From an uncultured Gemmatimonadales bacterium (GTDB taxonomy: Bacteria > Gemmatimonadota > Gemmatimonadetes > Gemmatimonadales > Gemmatimonadaceae): a stretch of DNA of 64,000 nt. A program made the translations under genes and the position numbers. The notes under the pieces are model-generated. The model was not told the DNA's origin and did not search any database. It saw only the letters and a list, made by a program, of their open reading frames with translations. Where the stretch lies: contig CAWKNZ010000002.1 in NCBI GenBank assembly GCA_963851265.1, positions 1,088,001 to 1,152,000 of the forward strand, written 5' to 3'. How positions within the stretch are numbered: the first letter of the stretch is position 1; the number at the start of each line of letters is the position of its first letter. This document shows, piece by piece, positions 58,467-64,000 of this stretch.

Positions 58467-59542
58467 CGCAACCCGGCGGCGCGACCGAACGCCCGGGCGG
58501 GTCCGCGTTTCTGCGCGACGTTCTACGCCGCGCGGCGGAGTCGCCTCGTCGCATCGCGTTCGCCGAGGCGGGCGACGAGCGGACGTGCGCGGCCGTCCGT
58601 CGCCTGCTCAAAGAGCGCGTGGTCCACCCCGTACTCGTGACCGGCGACGACGGCGCTGCCGCCGACGTGGGCTTGGCGGCACTGCGCGAGCTGACGGCGG
58701 CGGGCGCAGAAGTCGTCGACGCGCGTGACCCGGCGATCGTCGATCGCGTTGCGGCCCATCTGCTCATGCGCCGTGCCGCGAAGGGGCTGACCGAGGATGC
58801 CGCGCGCGCGCTCGCCCGCCGCCCGCTCTATGCGGCCGATGCTCTCGTCGCGCTCGGCGAGTGCGACGGGAGCGTCGCCGGTGCGGTGAATACGACGGCC
58901 GACGTGCTGCGTGCCGCGTTATGGACGATCGGCGCGGCGAGCGCCGGCGGCACCGTCTCGAGCGCGTTCTACATGGCCGTCGGCGATTTTCGCGGCGCCG
59001 GGGACGAGGTGCTGACCTTCACGGACTGCGCCGTGGTGCCTGAGCCGAACGTGGCGCAACTCGTCGACATCGCACGCGCCGCCGCGGTCGATCGGTCCCG
59101 CGTCGTCGGCGACACACCGCGCGTCGCATTCCTCTCGTACTCCACCTACGGGAGCGGCGGCGCCGCCGAGTCCGTGGAGCGGGTGAGGCGCGCGGCCGCG
59201 CTCCTGCGCGACGCGGCGCCCGGCCTCGCCGTGGACGGAGACTTGCAAGCCGACGCCGCGCTCGTCCGCGACGTCGGGCAGCGCAAGGCGCCCGGAAGTC
59301 GCGTCGCCGGCGACGCGAACGTGCTCGTGTTTCCGTCGCTCGACGCCGGCAACATCGCGTACAAGCTCGTGCAGCGGCTCGCCGGCGCGGCCGCCGTCGG
59401 GCCCATCCTGCAGGGATTCGCGCGGCCCTGTAGCGACCTCTCCCGCGGCGCGTCCCGCGACGACATTGTTCACGTCGCCGCGATCACGGCCCTGCAGGCC
59501 GGATCCGCCGTCAGCTCGCACCCGAACACACCAGCCTCATGA
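58463..59542 (+). CDS. pta: Phosphate acetyltransferase
   Basis: DCAVVPEP, LSYST.GS, DGDLQADAAL, FPSLDAGNIAYK, GPILQG, DLSRG. Confidence 0.95.
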   Translation: MTQPGGATERPGGSAFLRDVLRRAAESPRRIAFAEAGDERTCAAVRRLLKERVVHPVLVTGDDGAAADVGLAALRELTAAGAEVVDARDPAIVDRVAAHLLMRRAAKGLTEDAARALARRPLYAADALVALGECDGSVAGAVNTTADVLRAALWTIGAASAGGTVSSAFYMAVGDFRGAGDEVLTFTDCAVVPEPNVAQLVDIARAAAVDRSRVVGDTPRVAFLSYSTYGSGGAAESVERVRRAAALLRDAAPGLAVDGDLQADAALVRDVGQRKAPGSRVAGDANVLVFPSLDAGNIAYKLVQRLAGAAAVGPILQGFARPCSDLSRGASRDDIVHVAAITALQAGSAVSSHPNTPAS

Positions 59543-59871
59543 GTTTTACCATGCACCGCGAGCGCGACGTGCTCGTCGTGGACGTCGACGGCCAGCTCAT
59601 CGTCGGCAACCGTCAGGAGATGAAGCAGAAGGTTCTCGACGCGCTCGAGGGCGGCGAGCGCAAGTTCCTGATCGACTTCGAAAAGACGGGCTACATCGAC
59701 AGCTCGGGGCTGGGCGTGCTCGTCTCGCTCAGCAAGAAGATTCGCGAGCAGGGAGGCGAGCTGCGCCTCGCGAACCTCAACGAGGACCTCAAGACGCTGT
59801 TCGAGCTCACCAAGCTCGACACACTCTTCCAGATCTCCGACTCGCGCGAGCGGGCGCTCGAAAGCCTCTGA
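59539..59871 (+). CDS. STAS-domain anti-sigma antagonist (RsbV/SpoIIAA-like)
   Basis: YIDSSGLGVLV phospho-Ser motif, FELTKLD. Confidence 0.93.
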   Translation: MSFTMHRERDVLVVDVDGQLIVGNRQEMKQKVLDALEGGERKFLIDFEKTGYIDSSGLGVLVSLSKKIREQGGELRLANLNEDLKTLFELTKLDTLFQISDSRERALESL

Positions 59872-59884
59872 CCGTCCATCCGCG

Positions 59885-60310
59885 TTGAGCCCCGACCGGC
59901 TCGACCTCGCGATCCCGAGCGACGTCGGGCACATCGAGCGCGTCGTCGACGCGGTGGTCGCGCGCTGCCAGGCGCACGCCTACTCGCGCCGTGCGTGCGC
60001 GCTCAACGTGCCCGTCGCGCTCACCGAGGCACTCGCGAACGCGATCGTGAGCGGGAATCGCGAGGACGCCGCGAAGCGCGTGCACGTGCGCGCCTCGGTC
60101 GACGACCTCCAACTCGTCCTCGAAGTGCGCGACGAGGGCGCGGGGTTCGACCTCAGCGCACAGGTCTGGGGTCCGGACGCCTCCGACGTGCACGAGCGCG
60201 AAGACGGGCGGGGGCTCTTTCTCATGCGGCGACTGATGGACCACGTCGAACAGTTCGCGGTGCCCGGTACCGGCAACGTCGTCCGGATGACCCTCCGGCG
60301 CTCGGCGTGA
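59885..60310 (+). CDS. RsbW-like anti-sigma/Ser kinase (HATPase_c)
   Basis: EALANAI..GN, VRDEGAGFD, GRGLFLM..LMD. Confidence 0.9.
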   Translation: MSPDRLDLAIPSDVGHIERVVDAVVARCQAHAYSRRACALNVPVALTEALANAIVSGNREDAAKRVHVRASVDDLQLVLEVRDEGAGFDLSAQVWGPDASDVHEREDGRGLFLMRRLMDHVEQFAVPGTGNVVRMTLRRSA

Positions 60311-60312
60311 CG

Positions 60313-61917
60313 ATGGGCCGCGCGAGCACGCGCGCGGCGACCGAACTCGGCGCCGTGCTCCGGGCGTTCCGGGCCGCGACCGGTTGCGGCGCCGCACTGT
60401 GGGCGGCCGACGCACCCGACGCGGCCCTGCGGCTCGTCGCCGACGACGGGCAGGCGCACGCGTCGGGCCCACCGAACGTCGCCGACGCGACGGAAGCGCA
60501 GATCGCCGGTGGGCAGCGTGCCGCGGCGGTGCCGGGCCTGCCCCTCACGTGGCTCGCGGTGGGCCCGTGCGCCGACGGCGCCGCGCCGTCCCCCGAACAG
60601 GTCCAGCTGCTGCTCCCACTCGTCGCGGGTCAGCTGCACGCGATCGGTGAGGTCGAGCAGGCCGCGCTCGAGCTGTCCGAGCGCTACGAGGAGATCAACC
60701 TCCTCTATACCATCAGCGAGATCCTCGGTCGCGCGGTCACGCTCGAGGAGACCGCGGGCGTGATCCTCGACGAGGTCTCGGAGACGGTCGGCGCGCGCCG
60801 AGGCGCGATCTACCTGCACGAGCCCGCGGGCGGGGTGCTGCGCGCGATCGCGACGTTAGGCGTCGCCGGCGCCGCCGTCCCGGCCATCGACGCGAGCGAC
60901 CCGCAGAGCACGGCGGCGCGCGTGTTCCGCACGCTCAACCCGACGATCGACGACCGGGACGGCGTTGCGTCGGACGCCGACGGGCCCGTCCGCGACGGCG
61001 CGCTGCTCTGCGTCCCGATCGTGTGGAGCGGGCCCGAGCGTGGAGACCCGCTCGGCGTCGTCGCGCTCTCGGACCGCCGCGCCGGTCAGCAGTTCACCGC
61101 CGGCGACCTCAAGCTCGTGACGGCGATCGCGTCTCAGATCGCGGCCGCGATTCAGAATGCGCGCCTCGTGCGCGCCTCCATCCAGCAGCAGCGCCTCACG
61201 CAGGAGATGGCGCTCGCGCACGACCTCCAGATGTCGCTCCTGCCACGCGTCGACGTCGTCGCGCCCGCGGCCACCGTCGCCGCGCGCGTCGAGCCCGCCG
61301 ACAGTGTGGGAGGCGACTTCTACCAGCTCGTCCGGTTGCCCGAGGGGAGGACCGGCGTGATGGTCGGCGACGTGTCGAGCCACGGCTACCGGGCCGCGCT
61401 CATCATGGCGCTCACGATGAGCGCCGCGGCGATCCATGCCCAACAGTCGGCCGACCCGGCCGAAACACTCGGCGCCGTGCTCGGCTCGCTCGGCGACGAG
61501 CTGGCGAACACGGAAATGTTCATCTCGACCGTGTACGCCGTGGTCGACCCTCGCGCGGGAACGCTCCTGTACGCGAACGCCGGCCACCCGCACGCGTTCG
61601 TGCTGCGCGCCGACGGGACGGCCGAGCGGCTTCCGGCCGGCGCGCCGCCATTGGGGCTCGTCTCCGTGACGCCCGCGTGCGCGCAGACCGAGTGGCACGC
61701 CGGCGAGGACCTGCTGCTCGTGTTCACCGACGGGATCAGCGAGGCGACGAACGCCGACGGCGAGATGCTCGGCGAGGAGCCGGTCCTCGCGGCCGCGCGC
61801 CGCGCGCCACGGCGCGAGCCCGCCGCGGTCGTGGCCGCGGTTTTCGACGCGCTGCACGCTCACACGGGCGGTTCGAAGCCGCGCGACGACCTCACGCTCG
61901 TCGTCGTCCGGAGCTGA
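60313..61917 (+). CDS. GAF + PP2C (SpoIIE/RsbU-like) phosphatase
   Basis: GAF region, LQMSLLP, VGGDFY, GDVSSHG, NAGHP, FTDGISE, DDLT. Confidence 0.93.
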   Translation: MGRASTRAATELGAVLRAFRAATGCGAALWAADAPDAALRLVADDGQAHASGPPNVADATEAQIAGGQRAAAVPGLPLTWLAVGPCADGAAPSPEQVQLLLPLVAGQLHAIGEVEQAALELSERYEEINLLYTISEILGRAVTLEETAGVILDEVSETVGARRGAIYLHEPAGGVLRAIATLGVAGAAVPAIDASDPQSTAARVFRTLNPTIDDRDGVASDADGPVRDGALLCVPIVWSGPERGDPLGVVALSDRRAGQQFTAGDLKLVTAIASQIAAAIQNARLVRASIQQQRLTQEMALAHDLQMSLLPRVDVVAPAATVAARVEPADSVGGDFYQLVRLPEGRTGVMVGDVSSHGYRAALIMALTMSAAAIHAQQSADPAETLGAVLGSLGDELANTEMFISTVYAVVDPRAGTLLYANAGHPHAFVLRADGTAERLPAGAPPLGLVSVTPACAQTEWHAGEDLLLVFTDGISEATNADGEMLGEEPVLAAARRAPRREPAAVVAAVFDALHAHTGGSKPRDDLTLVVVRS

Positions 61918-61921
61918 GCGC

Positions 61922-62776
61922 GTGCCGCGCCGCGAAGGCGGGCTGCCCGCGCCCCGCAAACGATTCGGGCAGCACTTTCTGCGCGACCGTGCCGTGCTCG
62001 CGCGCATCGTCGACGCGCTCGCGCTCACCGGTACCGAGACCGTGATCGAGATCGGCCCGGGTCGCGGCGCGCTCACCGACCTGCTCGCGCCCCGCGCCGG
62101 CCGGCTCGTCGCCGTCGAGATCGACCGCGACCTCGCCGCGCACCTGCGTGCGCGCTACGCGGCCGATCGCCACGTCGAGATCGTCGAGGGCGACGTGCTG
62201 CAGCTCTCGCTCGCGGCGCTGGCGGGCCCGGAGTACGTGCTCGCCGGCAACGTGCCGTATTACATCACGACGCCGATCCTCTTTCACGCGCTCGCCGTGC
62301 CGCGCCCGCGGCGCGCGGTGTACCTCGTACAGCGCGAAGTCGCGGACCGGCTCGTCGCCGAGCCCGGCGGGAAGACGTACGGCGCGTTAGGCGTGAACGT
62401 GCAGGCCGTCGCGTCGGTCGAACTCGTCGTGCGCGTGCCGCCCGGCGCGTTCGCGCCTCCTCCGCAGGTGGATTCGGCGGTCGTCCGCGTGACGCCGCGC
62501 GCCGACCCCGTGGTCGCGCCGGATGAAGAGGCGCGCTTCCGGCGCTTCGTCCAGGCCGCCTTCGCGCTCCGCCGCAAGCAGCTGCGGCGCGTGGTGCGCA
62601 CGATCGGCGGGCTCGACGCCGAGGCCGCCGACGCGATACTGAACACCGCCGGGGTCGACCCGGACGCGCGCCCCGAGACGTTGACGGCTGCCGAGTTCGC
62701 CGCGCTCGTGCGCGCCGTCGCGGCCGGCGGTGGTGCGACGGGCACGCCCCTTCCGGCGCTGCCGGGCGGACCCTAG
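61922..62776 (+). CDS. rsmA: 16S rRNA dimethyltransferase RsmA/KsgA
   Basis: KRFGQHFL, EIGPGRGALT, EID, GNVPYYIT, QREVA, FAPPPQVDS, RRKQL. Confidence 0.97.
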   Translation: MPRREGGLPAPRKRFGQHFLRDRAVLARIVDALALTGTETVIEIGPGRGALTDLLAPRAGRLVAVEIDRDLAAHLRARYAADRHVEIVEGDVLQLSLAALAGPEYVLAGNVPYYITTPILFHALAVPRPRRAVYLVQREVADRLVAEPGGKTYGALGVNVQAVASVELVVRVPPGAFAPPPQVDSAVVRVTPRADPVVAPDEEARFRRFVQAAFALRRKQLRRVVRTIGGLDAEAADAILNTAGVDPDARPETLTAAEFAALVRAVAAGGGATGTPLPALPGGP

Positions 62777-62790
62777 GTTCTCCGACAACA

Positions 62791-62890
62791 CGACCGGGGT
62801 GCCCACGCGACTCGCGCACGATGCGAGGCTCGCGCCGGGCTGAGAAAAACCCGTAGAACCTGATCCGGTTCGCACCGGCGGAGGGAGTCG
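62791..62890 (+). promoter_or_regulatory. TPP riboswitch
   Basis: GGGGTGCCC...GGGCTGAGA-AAAACCC-GTAGAACCTGATCCGG...CCGGCGGAGGGA with P1 CGAC/GTCG; -10-like TAGGTT at 62774-62779. Confidence 0.92.
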
Positions 62891-63033
62891 CGTCATCGCG
62901 TCGAGCGGGCACACGTCGTCCGCGCGCGCGATCGCAGGGGAGCCGTCGCGCCCCGGCCGTGTTCGCGTCGTTCCGCGCGCCCGCATCCGGCGGACGTGCA
63001 GGACGGCGGCGTCATGTCCGGACCTCTGTTTTC

Positions 63034-64000
63034 GTGTCGCTCCGTCGCCGTCCTCTCACACCGCGCCCACCTCATGGCGCGACGCTCCTGCTCGCCTGCC
63101 TTGCCGCCCCGTGCGCCTTGCGCGGGCAGGGCGCGCCCGCCGGCTCGGTCGCGCGCCCCGACAGCACGCCACGGGACTCGTCGCGCGCGCGCAGGCTCGA
63201 AGGCGTCACGGTGCGCGCGGTCCGCTCGGGCGCCGCCGTCGCGCAGACGACGCTCGACGCGCCCGCCATCGCGCGCACGTACACCGGACAGGACGTTCCG
63301 CTCGTGCTGCAGCAGGCCGCGAGCGTGAGTACGTACAGCGAGAGCGGATCGCAGAACAACTACTCGTATTTCCGGCTGCGCGGCATCGACCAGTCGCGCA
63401 TCAACATGACGCTCGACGGCATTCCGCTCAACGAGCCGGAGGACCAGGAAGTGTACTTCTCGGACTTCCCCGACCTCGCGAGTTCGTTGCGCAGCGTCCA
63501 GGTACAGCGCGGCGTCGGAACGAGCAGCTTCGGCCAGGCGTCGTTCGGCGGGTCGGTGAACCTCGAGACCGTTCCGTTAGTCGCGACGCCGCGGGGCGGT
63601 GAGGTGCAACTCGGCGGCGGGTCGTTCGGCGCCGCGCGCGCGAACGCGTCGTACGCCACCGGGCTCCTCCCCAGCCACTTCGCCTTCGCCGGCCGGTTCT
63701 CGAACCAGAAGGAGACCGGGTATCGCTACGGGTCGGAGCACTCGGGGAACAGCCAGTTCCTGACCGGCGCGTACTTTGGCGCGCGAGACCTCGTCAAGCT
63801 GACGCTCCTCACCGGCGTCGAGTCCAACGGGCAGGCGTACGAGGCCGTTCCGCTCGCCGAACTCCAGGTCGACCCGCGCGTCAACCCGCTCGCGGGCGTC
63901 GGCGACCGGTTCCGCGAGAGCATGGCGGCCCTCACATACACGCGCGTGCTGTCGTCGTCCGCCACGCTCTCGACGACGGCGTACGGATTCCGCGCGGGCG
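63034..64000 (+). CDS. TonB-dependent receptor (probable thiamine uptake), truncated by window end
   Basis: Not in the ORF track. GTG 63034 gives a signal peptide MSLRRRP...LLLACLAAPCALRGQ, a TonB-box-like LEGVTVRA, and plug RLRGIDQSRINMTLDGIPLN...VQVQRGVG..FGGSVN. Confidence 0.9.
   Translation, partial: MSLRRRPLTPRPPHGATLLLACLAAPCALRGQGAPAGSVARPDSTPRDSSRARRLEGVTVRAVRSGAAVAQTTLDAPAIARTYTGQDVPLVLQQAASVSTYSESGSQNNYSYFRLRGIDQSRINMTLDGIPLNEPEDQEVYFSDFPDLASSLRSVQVQRGVGTSSFGQASFGGSVNLETVPLVATPRGGEVQLGGGSFGAARANASYATGLLPSHFAFAGRFSNQKETGYRYGSEHSGNSQFLTGAYFGARDLVKLTLLTGVESNGQAYEAVPLAELQVDPRVNPLAGVGDRFRESMAALTYTRVLSSSATLSTTAYGFRAG

Noticed and set aside
8679..62392. TTAGGC as a telomere-type repeat or eukaryotic contamination
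   Set aside because: Copies are isolated and embedded in bacterial genes, never tandem.
62996..63328. 110-aa ORF after the riboswitch
   Set aside because: Out of frame with the TonB receptor, which has a convincing signal peptide from GTG 63034.
1..64000. Many long antisense or alternate-frame ORFs (e.g. 5595-7649 -, 50131-52275 -, 27943-30117 +)
   Set aside because: Arg/Ala/Pro-rich shadows of real genes, expected at this GC content; no motifs.
1..64000. CRISPR array, integrase, transposase, prophage or defence genes
   Set aside because: No regularly spaced repeats or recognisable motifs seen by eye.

Overview
Very GC-rich (about 72-74% by eye) bacterial chromosomal DNA; gene content and order suggest Gemmatimonadota (inference only). 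Bases 1-34641 are a large surface-polysaccharide locus: GT2/GT4/GT9 glycosyltransferases, AsnB-type amidotransferase, heparinase II/III-like protein, bi-domain oxidoreductase, a PglF/PglE/PglD/PglC-like set, Ugd, Wza, a Wzc with an apparently degenerate kinase domain, two polymerase/ligase-like proteins, Wzx and two back-to-back Wzi-like proteins. Next come tRNA-Val(CAC), tRNA-Ile2(CAT), rmlC-rmlD, a heptose kinase and mlaEFD. A long housekeeping run follows (asparaginase, CMD protein, obgE, dprA, hemW, hrcA, dnaJ, prmA, rsmE, HIT, YqeY, mutS2, dnaG, recJ, rsmD, coaD, pta, an RsbV/W/U-like module, rsmA), ending in a TPP riboswitch and a truncated TonB-dependent receptor. I saw no CRISPR, integrase or transposase. 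The strongest unexplained signal is the non-palindromic octamer CGTTAGGC. It occurs at least 15 times (about 2 expected), ten times via the rare TTA codon and four times at gene ends, and is a candidate Chi-like, DNA-uptake or chromosome-architecture motif. Also notable: a chain of three GTGA-coupled 4-codon mini-ORFs between coaD and pta, a +1 frameshift near the end of the first wzy, and several leaderless-type promoters.
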